Below are positions 1 to 9,740 of a stretch of 20,000 bases of DNA, in pieces (the first letter of the stretch is position 1; each line of letters starts with the position of its first letter). The notes beneath the pieces were generated by a model that saw only the letters and a list, made by a program, of their open reading frames with translations, was not told where the DNA came from and made no database searches. Position numbers and translations under genes: made by a program. Origin of the DNA: Pseudogymnoascus verrucosus (Eukaryota); the NCBI GenBank assembly GCA_001662655.1, contig KV460290.1. One strand, given 5' to 3'.

Positions 1-37
1 CACGACAAAACTATACAATTACCCCTGAACAGATAAA

Positions 38-906
38 CTACGGCTTAACCTCCTCCCCCCTCCAATCCCAGAACTTGCCTCTCCCATTCAAGCCCACGCT
101 ACCAGCGACACCAACCAATTTCTCCGCCGCAAGTTCCGGCGAGAACAGTTTGTCTTCCTCCACACGATCCCAATAATCCCTCGATAACTCCGTCTTCACA
201 CTACCAGGGTGCTGCGCAATCGAAATCGCATTATCCCCCGACACCCCCTGGAGATACAAATCAAACGACTTCGCCAGACTCGTAACCCCTGCCTTGCTCG
301 CACGATACGAGTACCAACCACCCATAATATTATTAGTCGTACTCCCAACGCTAGCACCCATGGAAGCGTAGACCGCGCGCTCAGGAAGTCCCACCTCTCC
401 CTCGAGGACGGCGTTCTTGCGAGGCAGGAAGTCGCAGAAGTGCTTGAGGATCAGCAGCGGGCCGATGGTGTTGACTTTGAAGCTCTCGAGGGCGTGGTGG
501 GAGTCGATTTGGCCGGGGGATCGCTCGGGGTGCAGGACGCCGGGGATGGCGTAGGCGAGGCGGAGGTGGTGCGTTTCGGGGGGGAACATCTGGCGCGCTT
601 GGTCGGCGGCGGTGGAGATTGTGAATTCGTCTGTGTGGTGGCGGGATACGTTAGAGATGGGCTTCTTGTGAGGGTGGTCGAGGGGATGTCTGGGATGGGG
701 AGGGGGCTGTTACCAACGCAATCGAGCTCCAGTACAGTCAGACGGTCGACATCTACGTTCTTCAGGCCGTCTAGAAGTGAGTTCCGCACATCTTCTGTGT
801 TGCTACGTGAGGTGGCCAGGATGGGAGCCTTCGTAGTCTGCAGGAGGTGCCTTGTGAGCGCGAATCCAATCCCGCGAGAGGCAGGAGAGACGAAACACCA
901 TGCCAT
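38..906 (-). CDS. Short-chain dehydrogenase/reductase, C-factor (CsgA)-like; 2 exons (906-714, 630-38), 261 aa
   Basis: N-terminal Rossmann motif VSPASRGIGF, catalytic YRASK in GGWYSYRASKAG, HPGSVKTELS and C-terminal GKFWDWRGEEV. Intron 713-631 (GTAACA...CTAAC...CAG) joins the 451..906 and 38..589 ORFs in frame (LDCV-D-EFTIS). Confidence 0.9.
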
Positions 907-1745
907 ATTTCTCTGGGGGTTATAAATTGTATAATCTGGCTCTTCAAAATTCGGTCTGGGATAATAGATATCAGGGACTGTGAGGTGTGAAACTATGAAG
1001 GGAGGTCTACCCTAGATGGGGGTCTACATGGTGGGCTGAGGTTGGCTTGCTGCTGAACAGCTGATTTCGCACGTCAACGTCAATATGAGAAGTAATGTCG
1101 GGTGGTACACATTAGCGTGACCGGAGACCCAACCCACGGTAATCCGATTGCCGCCATCGAGATCTCCCCGCTTCCAAGAAGGCTTAGCGTATGGAGGCAA
1201 GCTTAGCGTTAATGGGAATGGATTCATCTTTGGAAATAAACGTATTTGTCTCTTCGCTATTGCTGTGGTGGGTTACCTCGAAGTGTTTAAATAATTAATT
1301 TTGAGTTTCACATGTTTAATAAATAGGAAAAAATAAGAATATAAACTGCTTTGGATTTAGACTACGGCGAATATATGTGGATTTATTGGAATAATAAACT
1401 AAAAAATATCCATGGTATTAAATAAGCACGATTCTTAGCAATACTTGATCGGCTAGAATATTCTTCGTAAACCTGGGATATTTGATATGTTGATTCCCAA
1501 GAATACCGTAGGTTATTCGACTGACCTTATTCTCTTCTTTGACAGAGCAGAGCAGTTCTCAACTCTCCAGTAAGATAGTTTGTACATGCCATCTTCGATA
1601 GCACTACAGTATTATAGACTATCATCATCACTCAATACCAGGCTGATATAGGTAAAATACCTTCGCGCATTGGTGCTGAATTGCTTGATATAAACGTACA
1701 ACTGGTATACCACGCTATTAAATACAAATCTAACTAACCCATCCT

Positions 1746-3018
1746 CTAAAGAGCAACATCCTGGAAGCTCGCAGCTCCAGGAGTCTTCGCACCCTCCTCC
1801 GTATCAGCATCTACCTCCAGGGAAGGGCTTTTGGTAACAGGGTTCTTGTCGACGCTTGGCTCCTTTTCATCCGCAGGTGACGCGGCTGGCCTGAGAGCAA
1901 CCTTGTGCTGATCATTATCTTCCACCCTAACCTTCTGCTCGTCCAACGCCTCTACTTTCTTATCCTCGGAGTCATCCTCCTCTGACTCCTCATCTCTGTC
2001 TTCTTCCTTCTCGTTGTTCGTTTGGCCGGCTTCGGATGCTTCATCACCATTCGCCTGCTCCTTTCTGTTGTTGTTAGGGAGAGCTGGGAGAGGAGCCTCA
2101 TCCTTCGCCGAAGCAGGCTCAGCTGGCGTGGCTTGCTGTCCAGCCGCAGGCCCCAAATTAGCCATCCTCTGCCTCGGGTCCGCATCGAGATAGTATTGCC
2201 TGACACCCACGATCCTGCCGCCCCTTTCGCAGCCCTCTACCCACTCTGGCCTCACAACAGGGATATTCATCTCCACGGCCTTCTCCCAAGTAATGCCTCT
2301 GCCCTCCGTAGTCACAAAATGGGTAGTATCGATTCTAACGGTATCCGCGAGCTTACCCCCTATCCGCTCAACAGCAGCGACGAGGCTCTCCCTGAGTTGC
2401 GCTGGCAGAATGCCTGGTGTGACGGTGATGCCGCTGAGGTCGGTCATCTTGTGGGTTCTGACCGTGAGTCTGTCGCTCGCGAATGTGCCGGCGGTAGTTC
2501 TAAGCACAAGATGGAATGTGTACTCGGTGTCGACAGCAAGGCCGCTTATTTTCGTGCTTTCCATGGTTGTGGGCTGAGGAATGTTGCCTGCCTTCTGGCC
2601 ATTGCGGAATAGGCTCAGGCTGATAACATCGGCGGTCGCAAGCTGAACTGGGTCCCACTCGAGGACGATGGATGTTTGTGTGGCATTGCGACAGCGCAGG
2701 ACAGGTGCTGATGGCTCGGACTCGCCAAAGGAGCGGAAGATCGAATCTTGAAGGTGGCTGAATGAGTCTTGAGACTCGCTCTCGGATTCGAAGTTGCGGG
2801 CAACGGTGATGTCGACGATGCTACCAGATGAGATGTGTGGAGGTAGTAGGATGGATGGGAACTCGATCTGTTTGTATCATCGACGATGTCAGTTGGGGCA
2901 CTCCGTAGGACATGACGTTGCCTTTGTGGATTGACTGGATTCTTACAAGGCGTTTGTCCTGTGTCAACAGCACAGCGACCCCGGCATCGACCTTGCCCAC
3001 AGTCAAAGAGATTAACAT
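1746..3018 (-). CDS. CHS5: Chitin biosynthesis/exomer subunit Chs5 (N-terminal dimerisation region, FN3, BRCT, acidic tail); exons 3018-2947, 2867-1746; 397 aa
   Basis: Diagnostic start MLISLTVGKVDAGVAVLLTQDKRL|IEFPSILLP, FN3 (RNATQTSIVLEWDP...YTFHLVLRT) and BRCT (DTTHFVTT...IPVVRPEWV). Intron 2946-2868 GTAAGA...CTGAC...CAG, phase 0. Confidence 0.95.
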
Positions 3019-3301
3019 CTTGTGTGTGAGATGTCGCAAAGGCGGATTGAACAGGGTGGTGGGAAATGTTTATGACCTCGTGAAGCTTTGGGGCTACGAC
3101 GACACCTTCAGGGACAAGGACAAGCTTATCTCGGTCTTGGCGCCCTTGAATTGGACTTCCTTGCGCGCGATCATCCACGCTTGTATAAAATTACTTGGTA
3201 GTACATTAATTACAACTACTATTTGTACAGTATTCATAGTTTACATGTTTAATATGACCTGCGGCATTGCAGATCCACGTTCTTTGTGCTTTGTTTGGGT
3301 A

Positions 3302-3895
3302 TCATTCTATCGTCCTCTTTTTCCCTTTCGGCTTTGCCTTCTTCGTTTGCAGTCGCTCAACCTCAGCAATAATTTTGTCGGCCTGCTCCTCCATCTCTGG
3401 CCACTTCGCACGTAGAATCTCAGGGCGCGTAATGAAGTGTAAGCTGCCTACGAGGTTGGGCTTGGGGGCCTCGTCACAATTACCGTCAATCCTGTAGCCA
3501 TTTGTATCGTACCCCTTCCGCTTCAGCGCATTCACAATTGCCAGTCTTGCCCTGATGTTGACCCACGAACGAACTACACTCCTCGCACTGACTTGTTTGG
3601 AAGTCAGGCAGTTCCACCACAGAGGATCAGTGCGAGCTTCCCATTTGCGCTTCGTGATTTCATGCCTAGGATGTGCGGGATTGGTGAGTTGTGTTTTGGA
3701 GTTTATTGGTACAATGTGTTCTGGAGACCACATAATTTGTAGTATATCAATCCCTGGGATATTCCTCTTTGACATGCCGGCTGGAGGAAACTTTAATTTG
3801 GGTATTGGTGGCGGCATCTTTCGTATACTCGACATGCTGCCTTGTAAATCGCGTGCGATGGCTGAGCTTCTGGATTGGAGCTGTTTGGGCAACAT
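3302..3895 (-). CDS. Hypothetical basic protein, ~197 aa, possibly mitochondrial with an RnpA-like fold (see findings); start codon uncertain
   Basis: Uninterrupted ORF filling the gap between CHS5 and the eIF1A promoter. S/R/K-rich, acid-poor N-terminus, globular-looking core (PLWW...SKQVSARSVVRSW...GYDTNG...LVGSLHF) and Lys-rich C-terminus. Confidence 0.75.
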   Translation of the reverse strand: MLPKQLQSRSSAIARDLQGSMSSIRKMPPPIPKLKFPPAGMSKRNIPGIDILQIMWSPEHIVPINSKTQLTNPAHPRHEITKRKWEARTDPLWWNCLTSKQVSARSVVRSWVNIRARLAIVNALKRKGYDTNGYRIDGNCDEAPKPNLVGSLHFITRPEILRAKWPEMEEQADKIIAEVERLQTKKAKPKGKKRTIE

Positions 3896-4110
3896 GTCTG
3901 GTGGCGGCTTTCTGTCGCATTCAGTGTCATCGATTGGGCTCCGACAGAGGGATCGTAGTTTCGTTCATATCAAGCCCATTTTTGTTTGGTTGGAGTGGCA
4001 ATCTTTTGTCTTGTCGAGCTTCTATGGCCCAGCTTCTTCGTCTCCGCGTGGTATGGATATAAACGCCAGTCAGTTCCGAAAGGAGGCTATACCAAGCGTG
4101 CAATAGGGTG

Positions 4111-4274
4111 GCGATGAGTGGCTGATGAGTGGCTCACTCCTCGCTTGAGCCAAAGTTCAGAAAGGGACTAGCTGACTCATCCCCCACCTAAACTAAGGAT
4201 TCACCCCACCAACGATAAGTCATTAGGCGCCCATCGACCACACAACTGTCCCACTTGCAAACTTCATATATAAA
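4111..4274 (+). promoter_or_regulatory. Divergent promoter region with PAC-like GCGATGAG (4111-4118), Gcn4/CpcA-type TGACTCA (4173-4179) and TATA box TATATAAA (4267-4274)
   Basis: Motifs read directly from the sequence. The TATA box lies ~100 bp upstream of the eIF1A ATG. Function is inferred from known yeast/fungal motifs. Confidence 0.5.
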
Positions 4275-4374
4275 GCCTACCCCTCTTGGAGCCCAAGTCC
4301 CGGAGTAATAACATCAACTTCCAGATCATCAAATAATCACAAATACGGCATTTTAACCAGAGAAATCTGTCAAT

Positions 4375-5020
4375 ATGCCGAAGAATAAGGGAAAAGTAAG
4401 TCTCATCCGCAAACAAAAACCACCCCGCTCTTCATTTTCATCGCGGCCCAACGACAACAACTCGTGTGCATATTGCTGACGCCTCTTACCAACAGGGTGG
4501 CAAGAACCGTCGTCGTGGAAAGAACGAAAACGACAATGAGAAGCGTGAGCTCACATTCAAGGAGGAGGGTCAAGGTATGTTTCGCCCCCAGCAGTTACAG
4601 CCGCCACTGTCGGCCTCGCCACCAGATCATTAACGCCCAACCACAGAATACGCCCAAGTCTTGAAGATGTTGGGTAACGGCCGTCTCGAGGCTCTCTGCT
4701 TCGACGGCACGAAGCGCCTCGCACATATCCGTGGCAAGCTTCGCAAGAAGGTCTGGATCAACCAGGGAGACATCATCCTGCTGTCGCTCCGTGACTACCA
4801 AGACGAGAAGGGAGACGTTATCCTCAAGTACTCCGCCGACGAGGCCCGTTCTCTGAAGGCCTACGGCGAGCTGCCCGAGAGCGCCAAGATCAACGAGACC
4901 GACACCTACGGTCAAGAAGGCGAGGGTGACTGCAACTTCGAGTTCGACGAGGACAGGAGTGACAGCGAGGAGAGCGAGGCCGGCGCCGGCGCAAAGGATA
5001 TCGAGATCGACGACATCTAG
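4375..5020 (+). CDS. TIF11: Eukaryotic translation initiation factor 1A; exons 4375-4395, 4496-4574, 4647-5020; 157 aa
   Basis: Spliced product [20 protein letters not shown]...[21 protein letters not shown]...[12 protein letters not shown]...DIDDI-type acidic tail. Introns 4396-4495 (GTAAGT..CTGAC..CAG) and 4575-4646 (GTATGT..TTAAC..CAG). Confidence 0.98.
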
Positions 5021-5523
5021 ACAAGTCTGGCACGCGCTGCGGCCAAGTGTGTGGTGTGGACTGTCTTCTCTCAAACGATTCTATAATGGAAAACGAACTC
5101 GACAGTTTATCTCTTTTGTTACTATTGCCAGATGACCTGGGCGCAGTGGGAGAGACGCTGTGGTCCTCGTCATCCGTGCCCTTCACTTCTGGTGCGACGT
5201 AGAGAGGAAACGTTATAAGTGTTGTGGGTTCGCATTGTATGTATGGTTAGCCTTGTGCGGGGGATATCGCGATTAGCGCTGCTCTCCGTGTACTGCATCT
5301 TAGCATAGACTACGACGAAACACATGACCCATGCAAACCTGAAGTTTTTGAATTGTGCTTTTAATTAATGTGTCTCTATGCGAATCTCAGCCAGCGCATG
5401 TTGTTACGCTCTACCTGAGTCGGGAGGGAGACTGACACCCAAGACGCCAACAAACAAAAGCCCGTTACATTGTGACAATTTCTGATACAACCCCCCACTA
5501 ACGGACATCTTCCACCAGGGATC

Positions 5524-7602
5524 TTACCAATCATCTTCTTCAGCTTCGTCGTCTGTTCCTTGTTAGCTGCATGCATTCAGAATAGCCGTAGAAATGAGAA
5601 CTTACCACTAGCGCTAACTTTCTGCTTCCTTTTGTTGAGTGCCTCTGCCAACGCATCGGCCAGGCCACCACCACCACCACCAGTAGTAGCCGGAGGTAAC
5701 CCACTTCCAGCCGGGCCAGTGTCAGCAGAGCCAGGTACAGCAGCCGCACTGCGATCGCGCACTTTGCTGCGGTCCACCTTCTTGAGCGCTCCGATACCGC
5801 CAGCCTGCTTAATGCCAGACAGGAGGTCACTACGGTCACCAGTAGGCGCTGGCATATTAGGTACTCCGGAGACGTAGCCTGAGTCGCGGTTGGGCATTGG
5901 AGGTGGGGGAGGAGGCCCTGGTGCGCCTGAATCGCGGCTGGGCATGGGAGGTGGAGGAGGGGGTCCTGCACCACCAGGTGGCGGCGGAGGCGGCGGCGGC
6001 GGTGGTGGAGGGGGGGGAGCTGGAGCTCCTCCAGTTGGGGGTGGTAGAGCGGGCGCCACCGCGCGAGCTGGTTGTTGCGGAGCTGCGTTCGATGGGCGAG
6101 CTGGTTGTGGTGGCGGTGTGTTGGAGACAGGTAGTGGAGGGGGTGGTGGAGGACCATTGTCTCTCGATGGTGGTGGTGGTATTGGCCGAGAGGAGGATGG
6201 CGGGAGAGGGGGCGGCGAGCCTGGTCCATTGTTGGGTGTCTTGGGGGGTAATGGAGGCGGCAATGCTGCATTTGGAGTGCTTCGAGCTGGGGGAGGTGGA
6301 GGCACGGCAGAACGCATTGGCGTAGGTGGTGGCTGAGGTGTACGTTGGCCCATGAACGGTGGTGGTACTCCGAATCTCGATCCAGATTCTCCAGGTTCGA
6401 AGTCGTCGTTCGGCGTCTTCGGAGGCCGCGGGGGTGGAGGTGGCGCGGACTGATTGGAAATCGATGTGGCATGTGGTCGACCGGGAGTTGGTCTTGGGTT
6501 TGAATTGAGCAGCTTGCCAGCATCCGCAAAAGGAGGAGGAGCAGCATATTTTGGCGGCGGCGGTCCTTTGGGAGGTGATGGCTCGCGCGGCGGAGGGGTA
6601 GGCTCTTTTGGGATAGGCTCTGCCTTTGCTCTCCGGCTAGGAGGTGGTGCTGGAGGCGCACCTCGTTGAGCCGGAGGTGGCGGTGGTGATTGGGGAAGCT
6701 CATGAATCCGCGGAGCAGCCGCCTGTGGAGGAGGCGGTGGTGGAGGAAGGGCCGTTTTTGCCCGCGGAGGCTCCTGGTAAGCAGGCTCAGGGGCTGCAGC
6801 AGATGCAGCTTGCTGCTCTTGAATGTACTCAGCAATGAAGTCTTGGTTGTCTCGAATCTGGTCGTCGGTGATTCCCATATCTCGTAAATCACCTCCCCAA
6901 GTTTCTCTCCAGTTGGGATCGAGAGCATCTAATTTAGCATACTCGGATACCTTCGGTGGATTGATACTGACAGAGGAATACGACGGATTGTGTTGCGAGA
7001 GCGAAGGTGGGATAAATGTTCGGGGAGATTCAGGGGGAGTTGGCTGGCTGGGCATGGGGGCAGACGGGGCCGACACATGCCTATGGCCACCAAATATACC
7101 TCCCAGTATTCCGTGCTTTTGTGGTGCTGGCCCACTGCCTCCAAAAGGGTTTAACTTGGTTGCTTTGCTTGCATGCTTCTCGCGGTCTACCATTTGCTTT
7201 AGGAACTTAACGGCCTCCTTTTCTTCAGAAAATGATAAACCGGCCAAGCAACCCTCAATTTCAAAGCTGTGAAAGAAAACACGGTCCTGGTTGTAAGACC
7301 AATTCTCATATATCTCCTGATCCCATATGACCCCTCGCACTGAAGGCTGTGGAAAGTTAGCGCCTATATCATAGGGAGGAAGATATGCATACCGAAACAT
7401 CTACCAACTTCAACCAAAAGGTGTTCCCGATGAGGTCATTTGCTAAAACCACCGCACCCTGTAATCCAGTGTATGTCCATTTTGAGGTGTTTGGGTATGC
7501 AATATACAGTCTGACCATAGCAGCAGCTAGAATCTTGTTCTGTGCCTTTGGAACGACACGGCGAATGATCGCCTTCTCCTCGGCTGTGACACCCTCGGGC
7601 AT
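5524..7602 (-). CDS. LAS17: WASP/Las17 actin nucleation-promoting factor (WH1, poly-Pro, WH2-C-A); exons 7602-7393, 7346-5606, 5552-5524; 659 aa
   Basis: WH1 (RLYIAYP...WTYTGLQGAVVL...FWLKLVDVS|PSVRGVIWDQEIY...FFHSFE), long polyproline region, WH2 (RSDLLSGIKQAGGIGALKKV), central helix (LADALAEALNKRK) and spliced acidic end DDEAEEDDW. Introns 7392-7347 and 5605-5553 both carry CTAAC branch points. Confidence 0.96.
5878..5973 (-). repeat. Imperfect 48-bp tandem duplication inside LAS17 encoding GPPPPPPMP(S/N)RDSG twice
   Basis: cctgagtcgcggttgggcattggaggtgggggaggaggccct... (5878-5925) versus cctgaatcgcggctgggcatgggaggtggaggagggggtcct... (5926-5973). Confidence 0.8.
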
Positions 7603-7713
7603 CTTGGCTGCTGATGGAAAGCAATCTAAAAGTAACTCTGCCGAGGGCGTGTCATCGAGGAATTGAACTGGGAGATAATGGCGATGTGATTGCTGATGCG
7701 ATGCCTGGAAGTT

Positions 7714-7846
7714 CTATTCGTTCAGTCAGTAAGAGGGCGTCAATTGAGAGCCCAAGCTCAGTTACCGCGGGATAGCTATAGCTAAGGCAGATAAGGATAT
7801 ATGTAATCGAATGACTTCAAAAGTGAAGCAGGGGAGATCGACTTAC
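7714..7846 (-). other. Probable 5'-UTR intron of LAS17
   Basis: Minus-strand consensus donor GTAAGT at 7846-7841, branch point ACTGAC near 7730-7725 and acceptor TAG ending at 7714, all upstream of the LAS17 ATG at 7602. Confidence 0.55.
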
Positions 7847-8093
7847 TCAGGGTTGCGCTATCTTGTAGTTGGAGGTGAGGTTGATAGGCGTCCAAACGAT
7901 GGTATCGGGACCTAACGTACCTACGTTGTGTGGCTTGCCCAAGCCTCATTACACCCATTACAACTCGTCAGCCACAACGCAGCGCCAAGACCCATGAGTC
8001 GCAAGGCTGCCAAAAAGCCTTGCCTCAACTTATAGAAATTATCTCCCCACTACACAGCTGTCGCGAACATCGAACAACAAGGAAACAATCCGG

Positions 8094-9498
8094 ATGCTCA
8101 CCCTGATTAAAGTGCCTGGCAAGAGAAAGCGCAAGCAGCACACTGATAATGCAGATGGCGAGAACAAGGTGAACATCGACATTGCTTCTCTCACATTCTA
8201 CAAGATATATTGTGAACATCAAAACTAACTTCACCGAAGCTATCTCGGCCCAAGGGAAGGCCACGAAAAGAAACGATTAAGAAAATAAAGGCGTCAGCAT
8301 CCGCGTTAGACTCTGGCACGGCATCCAGACAATCACCACAAGATAATTTCACGACGAATCGGTCTATGACCTCGCTCGAGAGACTACCCACAGAGCTTCT
8401 CGAGAAGATATTCCTTGTGTCGTTGAACTTCAATCTACCGAGATCAAGTCCGATAATAGGCATTAAACTGTCTAATCAGTATATATATACTACGACAACT
8501 GTGGCGATATTTGAACCGACATGGAGATACAACTATGGGCTTCTGTACGAAGGGGGAGGAACCGCCTCCGATTCTGTTGATGGGGGAGATATACCGGGAG
8601 ATCCCGAATTGCAGGTGCGTAGATGAGACCTATTCTTGTTTCCTATGGCTAACATAATATAGAGCTCATTGCTTCGGTGCCAGTGGGCAACGGTGTTCAT
8701 GATACAACAAGCTGAGAAAGCATGGCTGTTGACCGTACCCCCAAAGCAAGTGAAACAGGAAGTTGAAGGAGTGGCCCAAGCAAGAAGCCATTCGCCGGCT
8801 TTTGATTCTGAGCAACTTGTCCATACGGAAACTCGTACTCCCGCGGAAAGGCTTTCTGGCGATTCTGAACCTCATAACTTTGATGAACAATATGCCGAAT
8901 TTTTACGACTCACACACCCGGAGGCAGCAAGAGAGGAAGGCATGACTACGAGGCCAACATTTCGATGGAAAACACCCCACAAGATCCACCCCCAAACTGA
9001 GATACCCGAGAGTCTTTTACGGGGCCCTTGGTCTCCTGATATGGTGATGTACCTGTTCTGGTTGACTCGAGCTGGGGCTACGATCGATTATTCGGCGTCC
9101 ACCAATGGAGAGGTAAGATTTATCTACACTATTTAATCTAAAGCACGCCTTACTAATATTTTGTCCAGGTAGCACGGCAAGGCCTTGATCAGGCTATACT
9201 TGATGGCAATTTGCAAATTTTGTACTTGCTCCATTGTCTTGGGATCGAGACGACTGTACATGAGGACATCTTAGAATCGGCAGTGCGGACTTGTTCTGGC
9301 AACAATGCCGTGATGTACCGAGTCTTTCATATCCTCGCAAGCAAGTACCCAGGCGAAAGTTCCTCGTGGGACAAATGGCTCGATGATATCTTAGATTTCG
9401 CTGAAAAACTGGGCCAGAACAGAGAGGAGAAACGACAACAGAGGATATGGTGGGAAGGCTTTGTTTCGTTTTTGAACGAGCCAGAGCTAAAACTCTAG
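8094..9498 (+). CDS. Hypothetical nuclear protein with NLS, AT-hook-like and F-box-like motifs; exons 8094-8168, 8240-8614, 8663-9112, 9169-9498; 409 aa
   Basis: Three phase-0 introns with CTAAC/CTAAT branch points (8169-8239, 8615-8662, 9113-9168) join the separate 8366, 8669 and 9211 ORFs into one frame. Motifs are KRKRK, RPKGRPRK and LERLPTELLEKIFLVSL. Exon 1 (donor GTGAAC) is the least certain part. Confidence 0.8.
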
Positions 9499-9519
9499 AA
9501 GAAACGAATTATGTAATAG

Positions 9520-9548
9520 AATAATAATAAATAATAATAAATAATAAA
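9520..9548. repeat. Short imperfect (AAT)n microsatellite / A-rich 3'-end region
   Basis: aataataataaataataataaataataaa directly downstream of the stop at 9498; it contains several AATAAA hexamers. Confidence 0.7.
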
Positions 9549-9740
9549 ACTTCAAACCTTCTTGCTATTTGTGAAGTAGTTGGTCCCATTCTTGGCCGCC
9601 AAATCAATAAAGTCATGTGACTCGCTGTATTTACCTTGACTAAATCGACGTCGCGAAATATCCGATAAAGATGACAACTGCTGTATCGAATTTCCGCGAT
9701 AGCAGGAATTGATTCATATTACTGGGTTGTCATATCTGCC

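Noticed and set aside
209..925. 238-aa plus-strand ORF
   Set aside because: It is antisense to the SDR gene, has a non-ATG start and shows no recognisable motif.
2615..3415. 187-aa minus ORF and 167-aa plus ORF around the CHS5 start
   Set aside because: They cross the CHS5 intron, leader and the neighbouring 3' end in non-coding frames. The spliced CHS5 model accounts for the region.
5131..5174. SECIS-like reading of the ATGA-containing hairpin
   Set aside because: It lacks the 3' GA quartet partner and apical AA motif, and eIF1A has no in-frame TGA.
5560..7272. Gly-rich and other plus-strand ORFs (5560-5877, 5890-6336, 6823-7272) and the 462-aa alternative-frame minus ORF
   Set aside because: These are antisense or frame-shifted shadows of the CCN-rich polyproline LAS17 coding sequence, which is naturally poor in stop codons.
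7914..7927. Small inverted repeat AACGTA-CC-TACGTT in the LAS17/hypothetical divergent promoter
   Set aside because: Too short to distinguish from chance without comparative data.
8366..9498. Apparent fragmented ORFs suggesting a pseudogene
   Set aside because: The breaks coincide with canonical introns, and the spliced frame is intact.
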